Assembly (NCBI GenBank): GCA_973895155.1
Contig: OZ316897.1
Span: 17,952,457 to 18,016,456, forward strand
Source: Marsupella aquatica
Lineage: Eukaryota; Plantae; Marchantiophyta
DNA: 64,000 bases
Direction of reading: 5' to 3'
Each line of letters starts with the position of its first letter. The first letter of the stretch is position 1. Shown here piece after piece: positions 53,369 through 64,000 of this stretch. Under the pieces are notes generated by a model. That model searched no databases, was not told the origin of the DNA, and saw only the letters and a program-made list of their open reading frames with translations. Position numbers and translations under genes: made by a program.

Positions 53369-54707
53369 ATGGAAATTACTTCTATTAGTCGAAGAGTGCA
53401 GGGAGCGATGATGCAGTGTCCTCCTGCCACAGTTTTTTCACCTCGTGCAATGTGGGTTTTATTTGCTTGCTCTTCTTCTTCTTGCCTGTCAATCTCTTTT
53501 TCTCTCCATTTTGTAGTGCTACGGTTTGTGTCTTCGTCTTTGGAAAATCTGCAGCGAGGTCTTACCAGATAGCGTGACACATGATTAGCTCCATGGGTTT
53601 CTCTTTGCTGGAGGTTTGTGAGTCCCTGCTTTCTTTTTGTGTTCTGTCCTCCCTGGAGATATCTGATTTTGCTTCTGTTCATGCTGTAGTGTTTCCTCAT
53701 TGCTAACCATCTGATTTTGCTCCTGTTCTTGTTGCAGTGTTTCCTCATCTGTAACCCGTCCAAGTGTACTGCATCTAGTGGCGGAGCTTCCAGAGAAGGC
53801 TAGACTTTGGGTTCGGTTTCAAAATAGTGAGCCAGTCGTAATAGATCCAGGGCAATCTCGAATTGTGTCAGAATTCCTCAAGATTGTCAAGAAGGAGTTG
53901 TCTCCGACCACAGATCCTTATGGTGTTTCGGATCTGATTATGATCAAGCCTGATGGTGACAGAGTTCTTGCAAGCGATGATATTGACTCATTGCTAAGCA
54001 TTGTTTCTTACGATGCACCTCTGTCGCTTGCACCAGTACAGAAAACGATATACATCCGAGATGTTGGTGATGAATTGCAGCCTTTGCAGAGTTTTACAGA
54101 GGCTACAGTTGAGTGTGATGCAGATATACAACAAATTTTGGAGCAAAAGGGCTCTGCCCTCATCAATGTCACTGAACCGATGAAAAGAGTAACAAAAGTC
54201 AAGCAGCTTGTAGATGGTGGTAAGTATTACATTTACTCACGATATGAACAATCAATGCTTGATGAGGTCCGTTGGCAGCAACGGGAGGACCAGGCAATGG
54301 AGGTAGAGGTTGCACGTGCCCTAAAGGGATTTCTGTTGCAGGAACTTGGAGAGTCAGTGGTGTCCCTGCCAACTGACCTGGAACTTCCAGGTGGCATTGT
54401 TGCACAGGAGTGGGAGGCAATTTTCAGAGTTGGAGACACTATCTATTTGTGTGAAGCAAAGCACGTCATGAGTTTTGAAAAATTGAAGGTGTTTCCCCAA
54501 CGTATTGAGAAATTCCGTGAACTACTGCCTTTTTTACCTGCTGACTACTCTAAAGGAGTGAACCGAGTAGTGGGTGTGGCATGTGGGACGTGGTTTCCAC
54601 CTCCTGTCCAAGAGGAGGCTAAGCGCTTGGGGCTGATATGTGTATACCCTTCCGGTATGCGATATTCGGTAGATGATGAGCCTCTCTCTGACTTTATTAT
54701 TCTGTGA
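53369..54707 (+). CDS. Crinkler-like protein: transit-peptide-like N-terminus, ubiquitin-like header(s) and PD-(D/E)XK restriction-endonuclease-fold domain; exons 53369-53451 and 53738-54707 (350 aa)
   Basis: ORF 53778-54707 has no ATG start, but a phase-2 intron (AT|GTGGGT ... TTGCAG|T) joins it in frame to ATG 53369. Header LWVRFQNSEPVVID...VSEFLKIVKKELSP...SYDAPL. Nuclease-like EVEVARAL...QEWEAIF...IYLCEAKH. Confidence 0.72.
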
Positions 54708-55348
54708 CTAGCTGATTTCATAGAGAAGAAAGTGAGAATGCAGTCAAAGCTGTGATCAAATATGAGTTCTAGGATTGATGGAGAGATGAGGATAGAGGTC
54801 CTGAAATAGATTTCAAACACTGTTGCTAAGGTGTTTTTGTGAACATTATGCAAGTTTCAGGATCTCCAATTTTGCTTAGGATATGGAGTTTTATTTTAGG
54901 ACACGTGTTCTGTTGTGTGATGTCCCATAGAGACTTCCAAGATCTCATTTCTTTCACGGGAAGATGGATAGTTTTGTGCTGGTCATTCAATGACAAGAGC
55001 TCGCTGGGATTTTGCAAAATGTTGTGTCTGCTGTTAAAAGCAATCAGAAAATGGTGCCCATTTAGGCATGAAGAACAAGAAGACTCTCCTTTGGGGTGAT
55101 CGGGCACTGTTGACAAGTAAAATTCAAGTAATGGGCAAACGCTGAAGGGGATTGACTCAATTTCAGAAAGCTCCTAGTGTCCTCGACTTCCTTCAACTGA
55201 ACACTTGAAAAACCAGAACGATTCTCATTGCAATTTAAGAATCCAAAACCTCCTTCAAGTGCAAAAATGGAAGAAAAAAAATGGATGCAGTTTCACACTT
55301 AATCGAATCGACCATAGTGAATGAATGAAACAAAGAATTTGTAACGTT

Positions 55349-55466
55349 GCAGTTTGACAGTCAGCCTCACAAGACACAATTCCTGCTCCAGTACTCAACA
55401 CTTGAAAGCAGTTTGACAGTCAGCCTCACAAGACACAATTCCTGCTCCAGTACTCAACACTTGAAA
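55349..55466 (+). repeat. Perfect tandem duplication, 2 x 59 bp
   Basis: gcagtttgacagtcagcctcacaagacacaattcctgctccagtactcaacacttgaaa occurs twice. Confidence 0.95.
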
Positions 55467-57517
55467 CGAGACACAGAACGCAACCTATGTCCGGACTCTT
55501 AATTCGAAACTTACATTATATAGGACACAGTAGCACACAGAAGAAATCCTATAAAGGGTATGTAATGCTTACATAGACACAGAAAAATGATCTACAAGGC
55601 CACAATGAATTCAAGGTGCAGTTAACTCCAGAATTCAACATACAAGCATTCCGAAGAGCACCATCCGAGCTGACCAACAAAGTCTGGACCATTTTGGAAA
55701 TTAATGATAGGGAAGAGGAGATGGAAGTTGGGGGGAGGGGGGGTCGGTGTACCATAGTAACAGGGCATTTCCAAGGCATAGACGTAAGCAAAAGTTACAG
55801 GACACTGACTGGGCCCATAACACACATTACAGGCAGACCTTATTATGGGCCATCACTAACCTCACTTATGTGCAACACTTACTGACCGCCAAAATAGCCG
55901 GTACGCTGCATGGACCCGCCCCTTTAAGCCTGTACCTCTCGGCAGGACCCAAAATCCTACCGGTAAATGCTCTTCCTTGGAAGGGTCTATTTGCCGGGCA
56001 AGTCCAAACCGGGCCCCTCAGGTTGGTATGGGAAAAGTCACTCTATCCTTATTTATGGTGAAGCCCCCCTAATTAGTGGCACCCAAGGGAGGAGGGAGGG
56101 AGCTAGTAGGTGACTTCATGTATGACTTGAGCATAACCCGGTCAAGTTTGAGGAGGGGCAAGCATTGTACTATACCTCAAAGGACAAGGCCCACAGCAAA
56201 GTTACTTTTAGGAGGTTACCATATGCACTAAAGAGAACTGCACTACAGAGACCTGTCACCTCCAAGGGCAAGGCCCACAGCCAAGTTACTTTTAGGAGGT
56301 TAGAATCTGCTGCTAGTTTTAGGGTTCGGTGACTCCTTATAGTGATCTCCGTTTAAGGTTCCGTGTGTTCTGCTCCAACTTGTATGCTGGGATTAGTCAT
56401 ATACTTGAAAGTAATGCCACGACAGCACTGTACGTTTAGCTTTGGGCGTCATCGTTCCCTTGAGTTTCTTGGACGCTGGCAGTGAGAAGATCGCGAGTCC
56501 TACACCCGGACGAATATGGTTGCTTGAACAAGGGTGCCAAGCGCGATGAGTATTGGTACATTGAAGCCCCTGTTGTGCTTTGACCTGGCAGAGTGTCCTG
56601 ATGCTGAAAATGATTCATACTTTCGGCTTAGTTGGGTACATGTGTTTAGTTGCGATCTGGAAGAATGTACTCATTTCAAAATTGTTGTCTGGTTTGTATA
56701 TCCATCAATCCACCCCGACTTTTCCCATTTCTCACATTTTTTCCCATCGATATGGCAGTCGTGACGGGATTTTTTCATGCACCAGTTTGATCGCCGTTGA
56801 TGAGTCGAGATCTCGCACTTCAGTTTTATCACTTCTCTGTTGTTTCGTGGCTGCAGTGGACTTAGTGTATGGCATTGTGGCCAGTGCCAGCTGACTTGGT
56901 TGAACGTTTTCCAGGTCAATTTACCGTTGACTGTCCTCTTCGAGACTGCAGATGATCAACTCTTCTCGACGACAATGGCGACACATTCATGTACTGGTGA
57001 GATGGGTCAAGTTTACTCACATTCTCTGGTCGAAGATTCGTTCAAAGAAACTCAAGAGGGAAATTAATCCGACGGAATAAGCTGGAGCATGAAATCATAC
57101 TCCAGTTAGGCATTGATAACTACAGGTCTATAATCGGTAGTAGTTTTAAGCCGCCGTGTCTGTTCTCTTGGTTGTTTCTCGCTACAATCAACACTCAATT
57201 CACGGAGTGCTGGTGATCAGTTTTATTCGTGCTCTGAAGCACAGCTTCTAACATTTTTGGGAAGTGTATCACTATAGCCCAAACATTTCTATGGGCATGA
57301 GGCTCTTGCATGCATGATTATCGTCATCCTTTTGCCAACATGATGTAATCAGTATCCTATGCTAGAGATCAGGTAACATCTGCTTTCAGACAGGCACTAG
57401 AAACAATGGGGCAAATTCTCGGTGTAGCCATGCCGTCCAAGGGCACCTTAGACAGACAGGTCCAGAATATCCTGCTATTCATCTAAAACAAAGCCTGTAC
57501 TTGTGACCTGCAAAAAA

Positions 57518-60500
57518 TCAATTCAAGGATGCGATGCTCTCAATTGTGGCAGTGTCATTCTGCTTCACAACAACATCCACAAGATCGAACGCATCGGCCA
57601 CATCACCATGCGTTTGTGATACAAGCAAGATGGTGCCCTGCTGCAACCCTTTCAAGACTTCCACCACCCTTGCTTTTCCTTCACCGTCCAGGTGCTGCAA
57701 AAGTCGAGAAAATTAAATTTTAGGTCTCCTGACCAAATGCAGTGAAGTTTCACTTCCTCAAATGTCACAACGTTTTCCAACCTACAGTAGACCGCTGTCG
57801 TTATAAAGAGGATCTATGTTGTGCATGACATGAGATCAATATTTCTCTCTCGCCATTCCATCCTATCTACTCTAGAAATTGTCTCCCATGGAACCTTTTC
57901 TCTCCAAAGTTCTTGCAACACAAACGACGAGCCGGAGAACAGGAGCTCATGATGGCAGCACAAATAAAAACCTGTAAAACTTCGTCCAGCACCAGTAGAT
58001 CACAATGAAGACCACTTTTCTGCGCGGCAAATTCAGCAAAACCCAACGCAAGGGCTAGAGCCTGATTGAAAAACAATTAAACAGATTGGAAACAACCTTT
58101 CAGTGGTTGGCTGAGTCAAATAATATGAAATCTATCTCTGCATAATGAAATTTGTAAGAGGTCGTCCACACGCATTCATTAGTCTAGGAACAAGAAGTCA
58201 CTCCAATTATATCCTGCCATTGTCGGCGATAGCAGCTGATTCACCAAAAAAGAATTATGAACCTGGCGGCGCCGCTCTCCACCACTCAATTGACGAAGGC
58301 TTCGTTGCTCGGTAACCCCATTTGAGAGTTGCACCAAAGCAACTCTGTCAATTGTTTCAACCGAGGCCTTGGACCTTTTCAGCTCCTTGGTAGGTCGGAG
58401 AAGTAGCCCCAGGGTTCCTCCTGAAAGAACTTGCAAAAACCTTGCAGTTCTTTCCTGAAGTTCTGTCAAAGCAGCTTCCAGGACGTAGCTCTGAGGAAAA
58501 CGTAACAAATTTCATTCAACTCTGGAGCGGTTTGAATTAAAATTTGAGTACAAAGCTACGTACCCAAAAACACAAAAACAAAAAACAGGCAAACAAACTA
58601 TCAACAAGGGAAGCTGCCGAAAGATTTAGCAACAATGACCATAAGATATATGAAGTACAGACTGGGCTAATAGAGCATAGAACATCTATACTCGAGGACA
58701 GACTGACAGAGGATCTTCACTCACTTGTACACCGGTGTGGCCAAATGCGGCATCAAGCTCTTTAAGGTTTCCAAACTGGACCTGGGCATCATCAAAGAGA
58801 ACTCTTTTCTGTTCTGAATTATCTTGCAAAGTCAGAAGGACACTCTTCAAAGCTTCACATTCGGCTGCAAACGGATTAGTGCTGTTCAACAGCCCCCTGT
58901 AGACTTGGTCTAATTGGTCAAATTTGGATTGCATCATCCTCGCTACTTTAACCTCAGCTTGAAGTGCATAACATTTCCTAAGGATTTCCTGGTCTTTGCC
59001 TCCGTCAATTGATTCCCGTCTAGCATTTAAGCTGTCTTCAATGTCATCATTGGTTTGGTCCAGTACCCGCCGGATGTTAATGTCTCCTCCTACATGGTGA
59101 CGCACTTCCGTCTCGAGAAATTGTCCAGTTGGGCTTAATGTTGACTGAGCAGTTGTCAAGCACTTCCGTATGAGGTTCACCTGGTTGACAGAGACCGCTT
59201 TCAATTCAATTCAACTAAATTCACTTGATTCCATGCAATTCAAGCATCAAGCTCTAGGGAAACTGCAATGATCAAATCAAGGCAGTTTCTTTGATCGATT
59301 TTACACCATACATTCCACACGAGCTCAGTAATCTAAGAATCAAGATGCAAATCCGCTTCCAAGTTCACAAAGATAGCAATCAGGAAGTGCCACAGCAAGT
59401 ACTTTTTCCTGCAGTCCGATTGACTTCTTTTTACGCTCCATAATGTTTTCTGCATTCCTTCGAGACTGTTCAGATATTGTTTCTGTGATGACCTGAAGCT
59501 CTTTCCTTGTCCTGTTTGTATCCTACTCAAAGCAAATCCTACAGTTAGCAAAAATTCCCTTCCTGAACACCAGCCCCTCCCACAACCACCCAACCAACCA
59601 CATAGAAACAAAAACAAAATAAGAAGAAAGACAGGGAATGTCGCTCTTCATAAAAGCGTGATGAGATACCCATAAAATCTTACATCGAGGACCGCCTTGT
59701 AAACTCGTTCAGAAGCAATTAACTCTTCTTCGAGATGAACCAAACTCTGTGAAAAATGCTTCAAGTCAATAGGTTGTAAACATTTGTCACATGTTTCTTG
59801 CCCAGACACATTCATATTATAGTCATTAACTGCTGTTCGCCTCTGCCTCATAATTCCCTCCACATTTCGAAGCTGCACAACGTAAACGACAAATCACCTC
59901 CTCAACAGTAAGCTCCCTCACAATTTACAATCAAGTCAAAAAATTGTAAGTTCTGTCTGAGAAAACTCATAGGTTTTACTGTCCCTTGTAGAATCGCCAG
60001 CTTCAGCATATTTGAACAGTTGCTGACTGCTCCTAGGAAAATTATCTGCCTTGATGGACAACGTGACACTGCACAGCTTGCAAGTTTTGGTACTATAAGA
60101 TATGTAGTAATCCAAATTCAGTATGCGGCCATTCGTAAAAGCGCAAACCTCAACAACGACCACTGCACATTTTGTCATAAGACTTTCCCGTCTCTTCTCC
60201 TGTAGCTTTGCTGTCTCGTCCAAACTTCCTAATCCTTGCCAAGTTTCCATCTCAGCAAAAAGTTTCTGCTCCGATTCAACGGCCAAAGCCTCCAGCCCAA
60301 GAACAATTTTATGGACGTTTTTGAATTCAGATATACACCGTGCCACTGTTGCGGCCAGTTCATCATCAGTTGCATCTTTCTGGACAGCAACTTGTGCACA
60401 ACGTACATCACTGACACCACCCAGGCCTCAAATTATTCTCACTGACCTACCATTGTGAAATGTGAAATCATGATAAGCAACCCATCTTTCTAACGAAGAC

Positions 60501-63500
60501 ATACTACTCTCAGGAAGGGGGATACTAGACAGACTCGGCAGGCTTGTGAGAACCACGGGATACAGGACCCCAAGTAACTTATTGCTGCAGTACTTACTGG
60601 GATTTTTTCCACTCTTGAATCCGCTCTGAAGACTCCTCCACCTGAAGCCATATCCCTATAAAAGTGAGAGCTGAGCTTAAATATGGATAGAGCATTGTAC
60701 AAATGGCGAGAGACTCCCGTCGAGAGCATTAGTGATCTCTCGGAGAAATGCCATTCACCGAGTGTCCTGCAAAATGAAACTAAAGTTCGAATTGCACTGA
60801 CATCGGGTCCTTGAACAGATTTAGACAAGTTGCCGCTACGTTCATAGCTACAAACCTCAAAGAAAACTTCAAACTCCGAAATATCTGCAAGAAATACTTT
60901 CCGACAAACCTTTCTTGAAATTTGCTCTTGCTGTTGTTGAAGCTGCGTAAGAGCACCTTCCAATGAGTCAACTTCCGTTTGTTTGCTTCGAAGATCTTGT
61001 AAGCTTTGCTTTTTAGCAGCAATCCAGATATCCATGGTAATAACCCTGCCCAGCTCATCCTGTACAATTGTGAGCTCTTTAGTTTCCGACGTCAACTATT
61101 GTATAAAAAAACAGGTACTCAAAGAAATTATACTATTCAGGTCCACCAAATAGTATCCTACTACCTGAGTGACCTATCTTCCAGGGTGCGTTCGAGAGAT
61201 TTAAACTCGGAGGATTAAACATTCCAGAAAACGGTACAGCCAAATAGACGAGAATATAAGTAAAAGGCCAAAGAGACGAGAATGGTATCCATTACATTAA
61301 ATCAAGATGTAGTACAAAAGACAATAAAATCACCTTTTCTCACCTTGAAATCTTTGTCAGATGCTTCAAGAAGGCCTCCAATTCCATACTGACCATGGAA
61401 TGCAATCCTCTGAAGCATTGACGTGTCCCTGCAGAGAAGTATGTGAGGGCCATAGTGAGTTGAATCTCATGCTAAAACCAGAAACACTTCAACCTAAAAT
61501 TGACCTAATAAATTATGACCAACCTAATATAGACTAAGGGAGGTAGAAAAGACATACATTAGTTCATCAATCTTTGCCTGAGTTAGCTTCATGTCTTGGC
61601 CAGTACAATCCTCCCCATCTACAATCAACTTCAAAGATGATTTTCTGCAGAGCAGCAAAGCAATCACACGAGAGCATTAGTAACGATTTGCACATCCTCA
61701 CGAGAGTTTGAATGGAAAAGACGATAAAGAGGATCGCCTTGTCAAACCCCACAATATTTTTAAAAATATTGCATATTGCTATCAAGATGGACTCTGAAAT
61801 CCGCCATCCCTGCTATATCCATGCTCGCATTGCATCTAGAAGAGTATAGTGCTACCTGCCTGCAGTCCGTTCCACAGTGAATGGTCGTCCATTCACTGTG
61901 CCTTCCACACGCACACGTGCACTTTTTGCTTTCTCGTGGATCACATCGGAGGTCAACAGGCCCCTCATAGAATCTGGCCTTGGATCTGTGGACCCTGTTT
62001 AGAATCGCTCAAAAGATTAAGCTGTATGACAATTAAAAGAGCATAGAGTTCGCAAAATTGCTTACGGGTCCCTCACCTAGAATCCACAGGATAACCAGCT
62101 TGTGATTAAAGTTCAAACATCCTGCCAAGATTTATTTTCTCTCTGAGATTAACTCATTGCAACTACCACCTGTCATGCTTGGTGACGAGAGTACATACTT
62201 AAGATTTCTCATCATAAATAAATCTAAAGCCCTTGCAATTCAATCATCAGGCTAAGACTGTTTCTGAAGTGTCATCGTGCTTCGCAAGCATTTGTCTAAT
62301 TCCTGAAGTATTCACGGAAAGACAGAAGACGGCAGCTACAACCCATAGCCATGGCAATCAGAAATCCTTGTACCTGAAAGTGCCCAAAGTGGAGCCATCA
62401 CTAGTGTTGATTTGCCTGCACCATTGCTATCAGCTCCAGCTGAATCCATATTTCTCCCACACACTACCCGAATTCCCCTTTGCTCCAAAGGATAAACTAC
62501 AGGCTCAAGGTAGGGACCAAAACCCTGAATCTCCACTTGCTGTAGGACCAGATTAACTACATCAGAGATATCTCATGGTCAGATGTTTAATCAAGAGATT
62601 GAAGCAGATAGAGTGCACAAGCAAATGCTATTCGAGAAAAACTCAAAGTTGAATGTACAGAAAAATCCATTAATCAACGTCTACAGCAAGCTATGGCACA
62701 ATGTTGTGGAAATTGTAGAATTAGCACCTTGGGGCCTCTGAATGAGTTTAGCTGGAAGGTCCATGGTACGCAACATCTCTATTCCTTTTTGCCTCGCTCC
62801 AGAGCTCATCTCTACCCGCTCAGCATATATATTGAATAGCCCGAATGCGTCCTGCAAAGATATCCACTATATACAATCAGAAGATGGATAGAGGATATTC
62901 GAGAGATAGACAGAAAGCACGAAAGCAAAAAAAATGCACCATAAGCACTGCACTGTCTCAAGCCCTCGGAACTACAATTCCAAGGACGTCCTCGGAACTA
63001 CAAAATCTCAAACCGTCTGCCAGCAAATGTATTCCTCAGATCATCAGAAATTCTAACGACCAAGAGCAATGATGCCTCAAAGTCTTGGAAGGTTAATTCT
63101 GGCTAAGAAAGTGAGACTACGCAGGCCTGCAGACGACAAAACGATAAAAACTGTACTTACCAGGTTTTCGGCCTCTTCAATTCGAGGCTTAGATGTAAGA
63201 GTTGGGAAAACCAAATCAATTTCAACACCCCTCGTTCGAAGCCTCTCCTGATACAGCCCAAAGGTGGATAACAGTAACAAAGAATGTTAGAATGAGTTTT
63301 AGGAGTCCAAATGTAAGCGAGTGAAAATTTTGTTTGTCTACGAGCTATTTAATCGTTACATGGATAGAAAGCGGATGATCACATTTGTCGACTTGCACCC
63401 AGCTCTTACCCATCCCAAGCTAGTACAACAAGTAGGTCAAGTGCAGGTGAAACATCTAAAAGGTTTCCTAGGAAAAATAGCATCCCCTTCCCCAGCACAT

Positions 63501-64000
63501 GCTAGTCAATTTCATGAATGCATTCGATGCACCAAAAGTATTTTAAACTATTCATATTTCCCATGAGATAGTACCACATCCTCTTTGATATGCTCCTCCG
63601 CAAGTGTTGAGGAGAGCAGCAGACGAATGTGGTCCCCGCTACGCAGATTTTCAATCTTCTCTAAAGATAATTCATCGGTATCCGAAATGACAAAGTGCCG
63701 TCCGCCTATGTCGATGGAGACTTCTCCAACTTTCTGTTCCACAACAACACAAAAACATTACTTGTGAAATTTTAAAGAAATAGAAGAGGTCTTCAGGTAT
63801 TTTCACGCAAAATTGGGATATTGTGAACCAGAAGTGTAGACTGGCCAACCTGCCAAGAATTGTTCAAGAGTAGAAATCTCTTCCTCTGACCAACTTCACT
63901 TGCAGAGATTTGATATGGAGAGCCAATGTACTCAATCTGAGTATCTTTCACAACATGAGGTTTGTGGTAGTGTCCAGTGAAGATCGGAATATCCCGTGGA
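57518..64000 (-). CDS. SbcD-SbcC (Mre11-Rad50-like) fusion nuclease/ATPase, multi-exon, 5' part outside the window
   Basis: 63999-63850 reads PRDIPIFTGHYHKPH...EYIGSPYQISASEVGQRKRFLLL (metallophosphoesterase GHxH and YxGS motifs). Linker exons lead in frame into VEIQGFGPY...GRNMDSAGADSNGAGKST (Walker A). Then coiled coil, TCDKCLQPI (zinc hook, ~59780), LSGGERRR (signature), LVLDE (Walker B), HLDGEG (D-loop) and LVSQ, with the stop at 57518. Confidence 0.88.

Noticed and set aside
46258-53518. CACTA element (cactacaaaa at 46258, ttttgtagtg at ~53509)
   Set aside because: The 3-bp flanks differ (tat vs cta), the match is only 10 bp and the right end lies in an intron. cactacaaaa at 9184 has no matched partner either.
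53778-53780. GTG start for the nuclease ORF as a prokaryotic-type gene
   Set aside because: The context is eukaryotic, and an in-phase splice acceptor at 53737 with an upstream ATG exon explains the frame better.

Overview
Eukaryotic, intron-containing, repeat-rich DNA, most likely from a non-seed land plant such as a bryophyte. This is inferred from the plant-type ABCC exon structure, the GDSL lipase and the MGC-type CDK-like kinase. Left to right, the supported genes are: (1) a frameshifted, intronless CDK-like kinase retropseudogene (~4797-6200, +) between two ~400-bp direct repeats; (2) an intronless secreted GDSL lipase (11523-12764, -); (3) an intronless, fungal-looking nitronate monooxygenase (18970-20025, +; candidate HGT); (4) a 4-exon stand-alone SET-domain gene missed by the ORF track (23394-26197, +), with altered catalytic motifs and flanking repeats; (5) an 11-exon ABCC/MRP transporter with no visible TMD0 (31004-37875, -); (6) a 2-exon gene combining a transit-peptide-like N-terminus, Crinkler-like ubiquitin-fold header(s) and a PD-(D/E)XK nuclease domain (53369-54707, +); (7) a multi-exon single-chain SbcD-SbcC (Mre11-Rad50-like, prokaryote/phage-type) fusion running off the right edge (57518->64000, -). 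Intergenic DNA holds a foldback element, a hAT-like GC-rich element, Tourist-like MITEs, solo LTRs, minisatellites and decayed coding relics. All gene models were assembled by hand from GT-AG sites and reading-frame phase; no database searches were run.
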